Below, piece by piece: positions 50,390 through 62,480 of a DNA stretch of 64,000 nt. Made by a program: the position numbers and the translations under genes. Position 1 is the first letter of the stretch. Each line of letters opens with the position of its first letter. The stretch covers positions 2,060,524 to 2,124,523 of the forward strand of contig MU053873.1 of NCBI GenBank assembly GCA_013239625.1, written 5' to 3'. The stretch comes from Lama guanicoe (taxonomy: Eukaryota). The notes under the pieces are model-generated. The model saw only the letters and a list, made by a program, of their open reading frames with translations. It did not search any database and had not been told where the DNA came from.

Positions 50390-50580
50390 TCATCGCCTAA
50401 TTGATTTTGACTTTATTTTCACAGCCGCGGTGTAATTATGAAAGCCGGCTGCAATTATCAAAACACAACTTCAAGTATTTCATTATTAAAATACCCCTTT
50501 GGCCTATTATTAATTCATTGGATAAATTTGGATTATATCACTCAATAATTAATGTGCAGGCGTGGATCTCGGGGGCTTGG
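50390..50580. promoter_or_regulatory. Candidate conserved non-coding enhancer
   Basis: Dense TAAT/ATTA cores (taattgatt, gtaattat, caattatc, attaattc, taattaat) in a repeat-free block. Confidence 0.5.
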
Positions 50581-50839
50581 CCACTGTGAGTCATGTGATA
50601 GCTGCGGGAAGCAATGGGAGGCTGGGAGGCTGGGAGACTGAGGATGGAGGTGGGTGAGAATGGAACAAGCAGGAGAAAAAGCTGGTGCTCTTGGAGGGTT
50701 GATACCCAGCTGCCCTCTGACATTCGTTTAACCATCAATTCAGTAAGCATGTATTGCTGGCCTACTATGTGCTCAGAAGTCTGAGTAGCTTACCATCCAA
50801 ATATTAATATTAATATTACAAGATGGTTCCTGGGGTTTT

Positions 50840-51080
50840 CTTTCATCTATTTGTACATTCATCCACCCATCTATTTATCATTCCATCCATCCAACCTTTC
50901 ACCCATCCATATATACATACATCTACACATCCACCATTCCATTTATCTATTCATCTACACATCCATCCATCCACCCAACCATCCATCTACCATCCCATCC
51001 ATCCATTCATCCGCCCATCCATCTAGCCACCATTCCATCTATCTACTCATCCACCCATCTACCAATCCATCTAACCAACT
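50840..51080. repeat. Degenerate (CCAT)n tetranucleotide repeat at an L2 tail
   Basis: catccatccatccacccaaccatccatctaccatcccatccatccattcatcc. Confidence 0.9.
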
Positions 51081-52200
51081 ATTTGTTGAGCATATTCTAT
51101 GTTCCACATGTGGAAAGTACATCGAGGAACAAAATATGGCCTCTGCTCTCAGGAAACTCACCTTCAATGTGGAGACAGAGCACAGACATGCAGACCGGGG
51201 TTCATAATAGTGTGATGCATGTTTTGATGTGGAAGGACAGGGAGCTATGGGAGCCTGGCGGGGGCGGGGGGGCCTGACTTTGCTTTGAGGGGAGGAGGTG
51301 AGGCTCGGGAAAGCTTCCAGAGGAAGAGCTGTTTAGCTGAGGCAGAAGGGAGAAGGTAAGGTTGGGGCAGCCAAGCAAGGAGGAATGGCTCATGAAGCCA
51401 GAGCCTGGAAATGGTTCAGGGAGGCCTAGGGTGGCTGGGGGTGTGGAGACATGGCCAGTGAGATTGGCAGGGTCAGAGATGGAGGCCCCTCAGCCCTGTT
51501 AGCTTTTTAGATTTCATTTTGAAAATGTGTGTTAAGCAGAGAGCGAAATGGTTAGATCTTTTTAAAATGTTTCTCCAGCAGGAGTTTGGAGAACTGACTA
51601 GAAGGGGCATACCCAGAGGCAGAGAAGCAGGGGAGAAGGAGGAGCAAGCATCTGTGTAAGCAATAATGGTGGCCCTTGCTGGAGTGCTGGCAGGGGACAG
51701 GGAGAAGGATCTGGATTAGAGGGACATTGAGGAGTTTAGCATCCTGGCTCTGGGGGTGGAGGAGTGGGAGTGTGAAGGATGATGCCCCATATGGTGTGGG
51801 CTCTATCCTGATGGACTCCAGCCGGACAGGTCGGTTCAGTCCAGCAAAATGTTCTAGATAGTCTGTGTGCTAGACTCTGTGTGGGGAATCAGGGGTCCCT
51901 AATTTGATAATTCAAGAAGCCTGGTGTGTGCAGAGATCTGACTACAGACGATCTGGAGGGCGGGAGCACCAAGAGCCAGAGCACACAGACTGTGGAGGTC
52001 AGCAGAGGTCATATCATTGAGGGTCTCAGGCTAAGGAGGTTAAATGTTTCTTGAGATTCGCCAGGGGGATGTGGGAGGATTTACAGCCAGAAAGTGGCAT
52101 GATGAAAGCTTAGGTTAAGAGAGATGGATGGCTCTGGTTACTATGCTGAGAATGGGCTGAAAGGGATAAGCCCAGAGGCCAGGACCTGTTGAGAAAGTTG
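51080..52200 (-). mobile_element. L2 fragments (antisense)
   Basis: tatttgttgagcatattctatgttcca...ctctgctctcaggaaactcaccttc...ggaaagcttccagaggaag...ctctggttactatgctgagaatgg. Confidence 0.7.
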
Positions 52201-52234
52201 CTACTGGCATGTAGGGGAGAATCCAATGGGCTTC

Positions 52235-52555
52235 ATAGGAAAACATGGCTTCTCCGCTTGCTTGCTGTGTGATCTTGAGCCGGTTACCTAACCTCTCTGT
52301 GCCCCTGGAAAAAGGGGATAATAATAGTTCCCATCTCACAGGGCTGTCATGAGGATTGGATGAGGTAATACAGGAAAAGTGCTTGGAACAGCGCCTAATG
52401 CGTAACAGCTTGTATTGGGACTATGGGGACGACAATGCTCCTTGACTTCTGACCTCTAGGAGCTCAGCTTCCTCACCTGTAAAACAGATACCACAGCAGT
52501 GCTTGCTTTAAAGGGCTGTCCAGGATTAAATGCTTTCATCCACACCATGTGCTGG
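52235..52555 (+). mobile_element. MIR copies
   Basis: gctgtgtgatcttgagccggttacctaacctctctgtgcc...ggggataataatagttcccatctcacagggctgtcatgaggattg...gtgcttggaacagcgcct. Confidence 0.88.
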
Positions 52556-52569
52556 AATAGAGACCGGCC

Positions 52570-52690
52570 GGAATTGCTACAGAATCCAAGGAGCCAGTTG
52601 CAAAATGAAAACGCCAGGCCTCTTGTTCAAAAATACTTAAGAATTTCAAGACGGCAACAGCAGACCATGAAACCGAGCGCGGGCCCCTTC
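52570..52690 (-). mobile_element. MER45A-like hAT-Tip100 MITE
   Basis: tgcaaaatgaaaacgccaggcctcttgttcaaaaatacttaagaatttcaagacggcaacagcaga...aaaccgagcgcgggcccc is the reverse complement of the recalled MER45A. Confidence 0.85.
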
Positions 52691-53119
52691 ATGTCAACTT
52701 GACAGGTTGACAAAGGGGAAATTCCAAGCAAAGGGAACAGCTTGTACGAAGGCTTACAAAGAGCCTGGAACAGACGACTAAAGCTGAGATTGTTTCTGAG
52801 AACGCAAACCTGTGGCTGTCATGTTCCCAGGACGTTTGCGGGATGCCTCAGATACAGGGTGCCTGCCCGGGAGATCTTCCACCTTCAGTTTTGGGCGGGG
52901 GCCCAGCTGGACCACATCTGTCCCTTTCCATGCCAGAGACCGGCACTGACTTTCCCAAGGACACCCAGCCTGTGAGGGGCAGGGTCTGAGCTGGAAACAG
53001 TGCCCAAGGCCCTTCACCAGGACCGCTGCTGACTCCAGGCGCGCCACAGAGGACTGGGAGCAGAAACAACTCAAAGATGCCTTTTAAAAAAACCCAGGCT
53101 GGCCGGGTCCTTTGCTGTC

Positions 53120-53480
53120 ACTGTCAGCCCTCGGTAAGTATCTATTGGTGGCGATCAGAGAGGAACGGGTCTATAAAACACGGCGTTTCCCTGTTAGCTT
53201 TTAAAAGTTTTGCACAACATATTTTATGTGTGTTTATAGAAAAAAAAATCCCAGACCCGAATTGATTGAAAAAATGTGTTGTTATTGAAAGGGCTGAGTT
53301 GAGCTCTCCACAGAGTGTGGTGCTCAGCGAGACTTGGAAGGCGAAGATTTCACATAAATAGTTGGGCCGAGTTGTTATGGCAACTGAAATTTGAAAAGTA
53401 AATAGGTTTGGGGGAAATATTTTCCCTTGTCTCTGGGGGAGTTTTCTGTCTGGGATCTTTTGCAAAACGAGGAGTTAGTC
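53120..53480. promoter_or_regulatory. Candidate conserved non-coding enhancer
   Basis: Repeat-free block with ctataaaa/tttatag, attgattg, gtaaata and an X-box-like GTTGTTATGGCAAC (53371-53384). Confidence 0.45.
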
Positions 53481-54619
53481 CGATGCCCAATGGGCTTGGT
53501 GTGTGTTGTTGGCGGGCAGAAATGGGGTGTTCCCGGTGCCGGCGGTCTCCATGTCCACGGGATAGGTTCTTTCTTTTCCTTGAATACGGGTGGAGATGGA
53601 TGACCTGGGCTGGGTCCTGCATGCTGTGTGACCTTGCACCAATGAGCTGCCCTCTCTGGGCCTCTGTTTTCCTATCTATAGAATAGTTTGGTTGAAATCA
53701 ATAATCATGCAGTTTAATACCTATTGTTTTGCGATTGGACCTTCACAGCAGCCTGCTGAGGTTGGCATGCTTCTCTTCCCAGGATAAGAATTGGGGAAAC
53801 TGAGGCCCAGGGAAGCAGGTGGGCTCCCCAGCCATGACACAGGAGCCAATGGCAGGGCTTGATCCAGAGTATTTTTTCTGCCACATTCCTGTGTGCCCTT
53901 GCTCATGTGTGCTGGCTGCTGGCCCACCGCAGTGAGGCCCCCGTGACCACCCAGCCCAACTCTCCCTGAGAATTCAAGGTCCCGGGAGGCTACTGGCCAG
54001 TGGTCGCTCATTTCTGCGGGCCCTCTGATTCTCCCCTCTTCGCGCTGGGGACGCCGTGCTCTGGGCACCATGCTCCTGCTGGCTTTGGAGGAGGCCATGA
54101 TGAAGAGTAATGACTCTCACGTGTTCGTCCCCTTGGGGAAGAGCTGTCCACGCCTGATGGCATTTGAGCCTCAAAGGGGCAGAGACCAAAGGGTGGAGGG
54201 TACTCCGACCCCTTTCACGTTTGTAAACGGAGGCCCAGAGAGGTTGAGGGGCTTTCTTCCCGTCACGTGGCTGGCAAGAGAGGATCCTTCTGACATCATG
54301 AGCTTCCTGGCACTGGGGTGGGTGCCCAGGGGTGTAGTGAGCTCCCTGCCCCTGGAGGCATTCAAGCTCACAGGCTGGACTTGGGAGAAGGTTCTGTAAG
54401 CGGGAGGCTGAGCTGGATGTCTCCAAATTACTCCCAAAGACCCCCAAATTGGGGGCCTGAAGAGCACAGATCAGAGGGACTGAGCTCAGTTCTGGGCTCT
54501 TGTTTTTTCTCCACCCTTGGCCATCTCCAGGGTGGGTCAGGCCACAGAAAGAGACATCTGGAAACTGTCCCCTCCTCCATGCTGGGGTCAGAGAGACTGG
54601 GTCCCCGCTTGGAACATAG

Positions 54620-54800
54620 GGCGTGTGCACATGTGTGCGTGTGCAAGCACGTGTGTGTGTTTGTAGGTGTGTCCACGTGCCTGCAAGTGTGCACACCTAT
54701 GCTAGTGCATGTCCACGTGCGTGCCCGTGTGCACTGATATGTGTGTGCTTCTGCGTATCCATGTGTGTGCCTGTGTGTGTATGTGTGGATTCGTGTGTGA
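54620..54800. repeat. Degenerate (TG)n/(GTGC)n low-complexity tract
   Basis: gcgtgtgcacatgtgtgcgtgtgcaagcacgtgtgtgtgt... Confidence 0.8.
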
Positions 54801-55889
54801 AAACTATTCCCCTTGCACAGCTTGGGTCTGGATCACTTGGGCCTTTGCTAAGACCCCAGGTCGCCATGGACTTGAGGACCTAGCAAACTCCCCGGGAAGC
54901 AGCTGAGATGGGGCTGGGACGGGGCGATGAGGACATAGCTATGAGCTGAAAGTCTGAAGCCACCCCATTTGGATGCCCCTTTCTGCCAGGGAGGCTGCGG
55001 CTCAAGCTGAGAAGCCCCTAAGCCCCCGTTCCCCACCAGCGAGATGGGTTGCTGTCAGGGCACACCTGCCGGTGATGTCTGTCTCTAGGGCTGCCCGCCC
55101 CTCTCGCCAGGCTGGCGTCCTGAACACATTTGCCTCCGCCTGCCCTGATGGCTGCGCGGAAGGCAGTGCAGCCCCAGATGCTCAGGGCAGGTGCGGACAC
55201 GATCCTCAAAGCCCAGGGACATCCAGCCCCAGCCCTTCCCAGCAGAGCCCTGCCCCGGTGCCCGGCTCCCCGTTTAGCTGCGTGGCTTCCCGGCAGGGAT
55301 CGGCAGACACGCCGTAAGTGGGGGTCCTACTTGGGGAGGGAGGAAACAGGGATGCCTCCTTGATTGGGAAGAGTGAGCTTTGGTAAATTAAAGTTCTGTA
55401 TTGTTTTTCAAGAAGGGAGGGGGAAAGGAGAAAGAGAGAGGCAGCGAGACAGAGCTGGAGAGAGACACAAACACATATACCCTCTCTCTCTCTCTGTGTA
55501 TGTGTGTGTATCTCTCTCTCCATCTCTGCCTCTCAGAGTCAAGACAGAAAGGGAAGGAACATATTTTCCACAGCTCAGGGGGAGCTTTATTGCAAAGTGA
55601 TCTGAGGTTGGCCTCCCAGAAGAATCTAGCCCCGTCCCTGGCCAGCTAGCTGATCTTGAGAAGACTCTCCCCTCTGACCCTGGACTTTCTCATCTTCTAC
55701 TTCACAATGTGAAGGTGGAGGGTTGGCAGGGTGCCTGGCACACAGTAAAATGCCACCTGAATGTGCATGTTTCTTCTTACCAGGTCTGGGACCCTCGAAA
55801 GATAATCCTCCAATAGGTGTGTTCCAGGCTGCCTTGGGAGACCAAATTTTCCCACCTCCCCCATAGTAAGGGCAGCAGAAACTCTGAGT

Positions 55890-56285
55890 TTGCTCCCTCT
55901 TGCTAATGGAGCTTGCAATTTTTTGGCTGGGTACGTGGCTTCCCAAAATAAAGACTATATTTCTCAACCTCCCTTGTGACTTAATTTTGGTCAATGAGAT
56001 GCAAGCAGAGTGATGTGGAAAGAGTTCCAAAGAAACCTCTTTAAAACAGAGTGGGTGGGTGCTCCTTTGCCTCTTCTTCCTCCTTGCCAACTTCCTGCTG
56101 ACTGGAAGGTCAACATGATGGCTGATGCTCATGCAGCCATATTGGACCACGAGGGAAAAGTTCCATATAGAAAGTGGACTGTCTCCCTCTGGACTTCTCT
56201 TATGTCAATGAGACATCACCTTCTATCTTGTTGAAGCCACTGTTATTTGATTTTTCTCTCAGTCAGTCTTAATCCTAATGGATAA
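55890..56285 (+). mobile_element. MaLR solo LTR (MLT1J/K-like)
   Basis: aataaagactatatttctcaacctcccttg...ggtcaatgagatgcaagcaga...gcagccatattggaccacgagg...cttctatcttgttgaagccactgttattt. Confidence 0.75.
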
Positions 56286-58539
56286 AATAGGGGAAAGGTA
56301 ATTTCTCTTATCTGGTCTTCTTTTCTGGGATAAGGGACTCTGGAATGCTCAGAGTTGGGAGAAACACGAGAAAGTCTACTTATCTTGAAGTAGTTAGACT
56401 GGCAGGAAAAATGCCGTCGACAATAGTGATAGTTCTGTAATAATAATAATGACCATAACAGCTGTATTGTTTATTGAGGCACTTACTGTGACTCACGGCT
56501 ATACAGAGCCTGGGCCTAGATCCGAACCCACACAGTGCCCGGCCAATGCCAAGACCTGCAGGTTTCTCTGCTTGGCATTCAAGGCCCTTTATATGCTGAT
56601 GTCATCCTGCTGGCTGCCTGTGGCAATGCTACTCAGGGCCACAGCCACCTCTTCCAGGATGCCCAGACACCCTTTCCCCAAATCACGCTGCCCACAGTGG
56701 GTCCTTTGCCTGACTCACAGTGGGTCTGTGATGTTGAGTCAACCTCTCAGCCAGTCCCAGGTCCACAGCCTTCTGGTTCAGCACTGACCCCTCTCTGCTC
56801 CCTGACACGGCCCCTTGGTTGCCCGTCTGCCTCTCCCACCAGGCTCTCTGCTCCTTGGGGATGGACGAAAGCTCTTGCTCTTGTCCATTTCCAGCCTAGA
56901 GTCTGGCACACAGTGGGTGCTCGGGGACATCTGATAATGAATCAGTGGTCCTCTGTGCAGCTAGAAGGGGGACAAGGTGTGATGCAGAGTGAGTCCCTTG
57001 TCAGCAGCTCTGACCACACGTTTGTTCCCCGAGTGTCTGTGTCAGTGAGCATCTGTACATCCTCAGAGAAGGGACCCAAGGGTGGAGAAGAAGGGAAGGG
57101 GCACAGAGAACTGGGAAGTGGGAGGTGCAGGTGCTGGAGAGGGGACAGGACAGGTGTGGGGGCCATGGGTGCCTGGGGCAGAAGCCCTGGGGCTCCACTG
57201 TCCCACCCCAAGTGGACCGGCCTACCAGAAAACCAGACCAGTGGACCATAGGCTGACCAGTCTCACCAGACGGAGAAGCTGCTGGCAGACAGAGGGTCCC
57301 CACACAGTCCCTCAGGCAGACAAGAGATGCCACACCTCTGTCCCTTCCATCCCTGAAGGACATGGTGGCAAGAGTGTGGGCTCTGAACTTGGGTGCAAAT
57401 CCTTGGCCCATGTCCTCGGGCAACCGGCCTCTCTTTGAGCCTCGATTTCCTCATCTGTCACATGATGTGGTCCCTCGAATGCTACAAGACCAGGGTTCAG
57501 GGATGTGACGGAGACCAAGTGGCCAGCAAAGCTGAAAGTATTTACTCTCGGGTCCTTCGCTGCCCCAGTTTGCCCACCCAGATGGGATGTTGAAAGAAGG
57601 AAAGAGGCAGTGGCTTGGGTGCCTCTGAGGTGGGAGGAAGGGCTGCGTCCGCCATGGGGCTGGTTCTGGCGGCTGAGCTGGCCTCAGGGGCATCTCCTCC
57701 AGACCCAGGAAGGTCCTCAGCTGAAACAGCAGGGAAGAGGGAGGCCAGGCCAGGCTGGACGCTGCAGAAAGAGGAAGCAAGAAGGGAAAATCACTCCAGA
57801 AAACCCATTCCCAGCAGCCCCAGGGCCCCGCCAGCCCACCCTCCTCCCCGCATGCCCCGACCTCTGAGAGAGGCCCAGCGTCGCCCTTGCGGGCCGGGCT
57901 CCAGGAGGCTCATCAGAGGAGGAACGTCAGGCTGCATCCAATTTCCCTGGCCTCCTCATCGAAATGAGAAATCTGAGGCCCGGGCAGCCATGGAGAGCTG
58001 ATAACACTCTCTCAGGTGAACCTCCTCACTTATCACCACCGGGGTCACCTCTGTCTCGAAAGACTTGTTTTCCTTAAAAAAAAGAAAAATTGCCTGGGAC
58101 GTGTGATGGGTTTGGCTGTGATAGGAGAAGGGGAAAGGGAAGGAAAAAAAGGAAGAGGCAGAGGAACACTTATTTTTCCAGACTTGGGGGAGGCGGGAGA
58201 TTTGTGCCCGGCTCCTCACCTCCTCCCCAACCCCCCTCCCCGGGGGGCTGCCCGGCTCACACTCGCCCCTGCCCCCGGCCAGCAGAGCCGGAGGAGCCGG
58301 GGGCGGCGCAGGACCCTGGAGCCTGGGATGTTTAGATGGGGGTGTCTCTCCACATGGTAACTGTTGCCACATCAAGGAGATTGCAGCTCAGACTCCACCC
58401 GGGTTTGTTTGGCCAACAAAGCTGGTGTTTGTGCAGGAAATGACAGTGAGGGTGACAAGGCAGCAGGGACAAGGGGTGACTGCAGGCCCCCACCTGCCCC
58501 AGTCCTCTTCTCACTCGCCCGGGCATCCTGGGGGTCCTC

Positions 58540-58925
58540 GCCTGCCTCTCTGAGTCTCTGCTTTGGGGTCTGTGTCTGCCGTTTGGCCACCCCTGGGTCG
58601 CCTTGTCTCCCTTCTTTGTCGTTTCTCTCTGTGCCTTGGTATTTCTGCCTCCCTCCTGCTGCTTTCTGTCCGGTATGGTATGTGTCCCTCTCCATCCATC
58701 CCCTCTACACTGCTCCCCCTCCCCTCTCCCCCAACTCCGTCTGTGGTTTCACCACATCTCTCCATCTCCACCTCTGCCTCTGTCTCTCTCCCTCAACGCC
58801 TCTCTCTTCCTCTGTCCCTCTGTTTTCCTCGTCACCTCTGTCTCTCTCCCCAGCCTATGTCCGTCCCTGGGTGTCTCTCCTTCTGTGTTTCTGTCTCCCC
58901 CACCTGCCATCTCAGCCTCAACCTC
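58540..58925. repeat. Pyrimidine-rich (CT/CTGT) low-complexity tract
   Basis: tctctccatctccacctctgcctctgtctctctccctc... Confidence 0.75.
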
Positions 58926-59544
58926 CCCACTCAGTTGGAAGAAACTTTCCCTGTCACCCACCTGTCTGCATCCCCATGCCCCTGAGTCCCGAGGAACAAA
59001 AAGGTGAACAGATTGCTCCATCCTAAAGCGAACACAAAGTTAGCCATCACGAAGTCCAGGACAGGGACGGGTGGACCTGGAAGAGCAGAGGTAGCCAGCT
59101 GTTGTTGGCAGGTCTACACAGCCCTTTCTCTGACTGCAACATTCTTGATCCTGAGCAACCTGCAGATTCTGGAAGAAATTAGGAAAATATTCTGCAGATC
59201 GGCTCTCCAGATCCAGAGGTTGCGGCCCCTTCCCAACCAGGAGGCTGGTCTCCGGGGCTGCTGGGGGAGTTGACAGCTTTTAATTTTCTCTGTCTTATCC
59301 CCTCGCCTTGTTCTCCCTCATCTCACTGTTTCCGTGCAGCAAGGAGTGCTCAGGTTATAAGAAATGCTTTTTCCTTCTCTTCCCTACCAGGGGTAGCTCC
59401 TCACCCCTGAGGTCTGCCCACACACCTTCATTCAGGGAGAGCCTGTGACATTGAGAAAAAGCATGTGGGCTGGGTTCAGATCCCGGATCCCATCATGTCC
59501 CGAGTCCTCACATCATAACCTCTCAGCTTAGCACCCCATTCCCC

Positions 59545-60027
59545 TCTTCCATTGCTGCATCACAAATCACCCTGACACTGAGGGTCTTCAAACACCATTC
59601 ATTTTGTTGACAAATCTGCAATCTGGGCAGGACCTAGCGGGACAGCTTGTCTCTGCTCTACTTGGCGTCACCTTCAGTGACTCAAAGCCTGGGGGCTAGA
59701 ATCATCCGAAGTCTCCTTTGCTCACACGTGTGACATTTCCTGCTGGCTCTTGGCTGGGAGCTCAGCTGGGGCTGGAGCATCAAACACGTGGCCTCTCCAC
59801 GTGGCTTGGGCTTCCTCACAACATGGTGGCCGGGTTCCCAGGATGAGTGTCCCGAGAGAGAGAGCCGGGTGGAAGCCACGTCACCTTTTATAATCTCACC
59901 TTAGAGGTCACGCCGTCCCCACCATATTCTGTTCACTGTAGCAGTCACAAAGGGCCTTTGCACATCCAATTACACCTTTTGGGAGCACGCAGCAACAAAT
60001 TTGCCGCCGTGTTTTAAATCCACCATG
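59545..60027 (-). mobile_element. MaLR solo LTR (MLT1F/G/H-like)
   Basis: ccattgctgcatcacaaatcaccc...aatctgcaatctgggcagg...cagcttgtctctgctc...gggcttcctcacaacatggtggc...ttagaggtcac...catattctgttc. Confidence 0.85.
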
Positions 60028-60269
60028 CGGCCTCTGCTCTGTGGGCACTGATTGTCCTTGCTTGGCTCCCCTGTGCACCCCTTGGAACAGGCCTTCTTGT
60101 TGGGGGATGAGATGTTGTGATTGTCCGTGCCTGGGTCGAGCCTCCATTCCTGGGGCCGGTGTGCACCCTGGGGGAGAGGGCCGAATCTCTGAATGCAGCC
60201 AGGCTGGAACCACGCGCAACGAGAGACTGCGATTTCTCCAGAAAGGGAGGGTGAGAAGAGGAAAACAAC

Positions 60270-60670
60270 ATATGTCCTCTGCAGAGAGTAAACAAATAAA
60301 CAAACACTCAAGGACATAATTACCCATGGTGATAAACGCTCTGCTGGCAAAGGACAGGATGCTTTAAAGAGTGACTAATGGTGAGGCGGGCAGTGGGGAT
60401 GGAGGCTTGGACACAGTGATCAGGGATGGTCATCACAGGGGTGATTACACTGAGGCTTGAAGGGAGCCCTCTGGGGGTATGCATTTCAGGTAGAGGGTCT
60501 AGCCTGTTCAAAGGTCCTGTGGTACAAAGGCTTGACGTATTCAAGGACCCGAGTGGCCATGTGGCTGGAGCATCAGGGGGGTGTTTCAGAGGTGAAGTCT
60601 AATCACCAAGTGTGAGTGTCTCAAAGGCCACAGTCAAGAGTTTTGGATTTGAGTCTATGAGCACCGGGAA
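60270..60670 (-). mobile_element. L2 fragment
   Basis: gtaaacaaataaac...gtgatcagggatggtc...gcatttcaggtagagg...caaaggtcctgtgg...gtggctggagca. Confidence 0.65.
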
Positions 60671-60989
60671 GGCAGCGGTGAGATCCAGCTCAAATTGACA
60701 CGTATCACGCCCCAAATGCCTGGCAGGGGGTCATTTTGGACACAGTATATTTTCAAAGTCTGTTGGTTCCTTTCGGCCCCTCAGCGTGACTCCCTTCCAA
60801 GACCACTACCAGTGTGGATACGACATTTTCCCACACCCCCTGTTCCCTGGCCTCTTTCCTCCGACTCCCTCTCACTCCAGTCTCCTGCAGCTGCTCTGCC
60901 GGTTGCATCTGCCATAAGTCCCGCTGAACACAGGACACGCGTGATGTCAACAGGTGGCGGCACGAAGGCGACATTCTCCTCCCCTAGCC

Positions 60990-61230
60990 CATCCATCGCT
61001 GCCTGGCGCACCCGATCCATCCAATTTAAATAAACAAATCCCCCAAACAGGGCTCCGTAATAGAAGCGCTGACAGGCCCTTATCTGCAGCGTCTCTGGGC
61101 GTGCAGGGGGCCATAAGACTTAGGGCCTCTCTGAGGCAGAGGACTTACTGCAATTGTGCTGCTTCTGTGACAGTTTAATCAGAGCTTGAAAATCAGGGGC
61201 ATTACATTGTGCACCTGCTCATGAGGACAA
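60990..61230. promoter_or_regulatory. Candidate conserved non-coding enhancer
   Basis: Repeat-free block with ataaacaaa (FOX-like), TGACAG x2, cttatct (GATA) and ttaatca. Confidence 0.4.
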
Positions 61231-61567
61231 AAAGGGAAAAAAATGGCTGGTGGGGTTTCCTATCATGGGCTTTTTTTTTTAATACCCAGGCAGAGCCCCT
61301 TCCCTGGCCCCCTCCCCGGGTATAATTCATTGCACATGTGTGTGGGAGGGTGCTGAGCAAGGGAAGCTGGAGCTAGACTTGAGCTGAATGATGACCAGGC
61401 AAGAAGTAGGGAGGGTGTTCCTCCAGGGGCTTCTTTTTTTGTCTACACCAGCTGCATCTGGGGATGACTTGGTGTGTCTGGGATATGAAGGAAGATACAC
61501 CAGGTTCAACACCTGTGTCCTTCTCTCCCTCCCTCTCTCCCCCATCCCTCGCTTTCTTCTCCTTTTC

Positions 61568-61570
<3 letters not shown>

Positions 61571-61610
<40 letters not shown>
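61571..61610. repeat. (CT)20 microsatellite
   Basis: Perfect ct dinucleotide run. Confidence 0.97.
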
Positions 61611-61613
<3 letters not shown>

Positions 61614-61733
61614 TTCCAAGGTCATTTGTTGGCCTGGTCCTCGGCACAGGATACTCTAATATACCCAGAGTGTCCAGGCTCTGCCTTCAAGAAACCAGCA
61701 AGTATGGCCAGGGAGAAAAAGTCTCTCACTGAA

Positions 61734-61985
61734 TGTCTTAACGTGGGTCCCTGTGAAAGCAGGATCCGAGACACAGACTTAGGGCCAAGGACTTGTATTT
61801 GAAGGTGGTTGCAGGAAGCAGGAGTGAAGGATTAGAGAGACTGAGACAGACAAGGAAGAAAATTCCAGCAAAAGCAAAAATTCCAAAAAAGGTGTGTTAC
61901 TGATGTGGGTACCACTGTGAGCAACGGGGGTGCAATACTGCTGGGGGGTTTCTGAGAAACTGTGTAGAATGTGACTCAGCTTTGA
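61734..61985 (-). mobile_element. ERVL LTR fragment (LTR16/LTR33-like)
   Basis: tgtctta...gggtccctgtgaaagcagg...tatttgaaggtggttgcaggaagcagga...ctgagaaactgtgtagaatg. Confidence 0.6.
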
Positions 61986-62089
61986 GAAAACCCTGAGGCC
62001 GGTAAGCAGGGTAGTGTCCACTCCTGATGTGCTGAAATTAGTGGGACAAGAGGGCGTGGCTCGGCACACCGTGGACAGCTCCTACACTT

Positions 62090-62480
62090 GGACAATAGTG
62101 GGCTTCCTGGAGGAAGTGACATATGAGATGAAATCTGGCAGCTGAGAAGCGGTTAAATAGGCAACAGGGTGGGGTGAGGTGAGAAGAAAAGAGCATTGCA
62201 GGAAGGCGGAACAGCACGTGCAAAGGCCCCGAGGCAAGAAGGACTGAAGCCACGGGACTGGAGCAGGCGGATGAGAGGAAGAGGAGCAGCACCCGAGACA
62301 GGAGAGGGCAGGACCCAGGCCCTGCGGGGATGAGGACATCAGAGACACCCTCCTGGCTTGTGTAGGGAATGGATGCCCGTGGTGGGGAGTGGTGGGGAGG
62401 TGATGCAGAGAGAGCAGAGATGCTGCTGCTGGGGTTGTCCAGGTGGGAGATGAGGGTGTGCCAGCCTGGGCTGGTCACCG
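62090..62480 (-). mobile_element. L2 fragment
   Basis: ggcttcctggaggaagtgacatatgagatga...gagcattgcaggaaggcggaacagcacgtgcaaaggccccgagg. Confidence 0.75.

Noticed and set aside
50823..51207. His/Pro/Ser/Ile-rich ORFs
   Set aside because: Translations of the (CCAT)n repeat.
53170..53240. Pre-miRNA-sized hairpin
   Set aside because: Only the outer ~12 bp pair well and the interior pairing is poor; kept only as an inverted motif pair.
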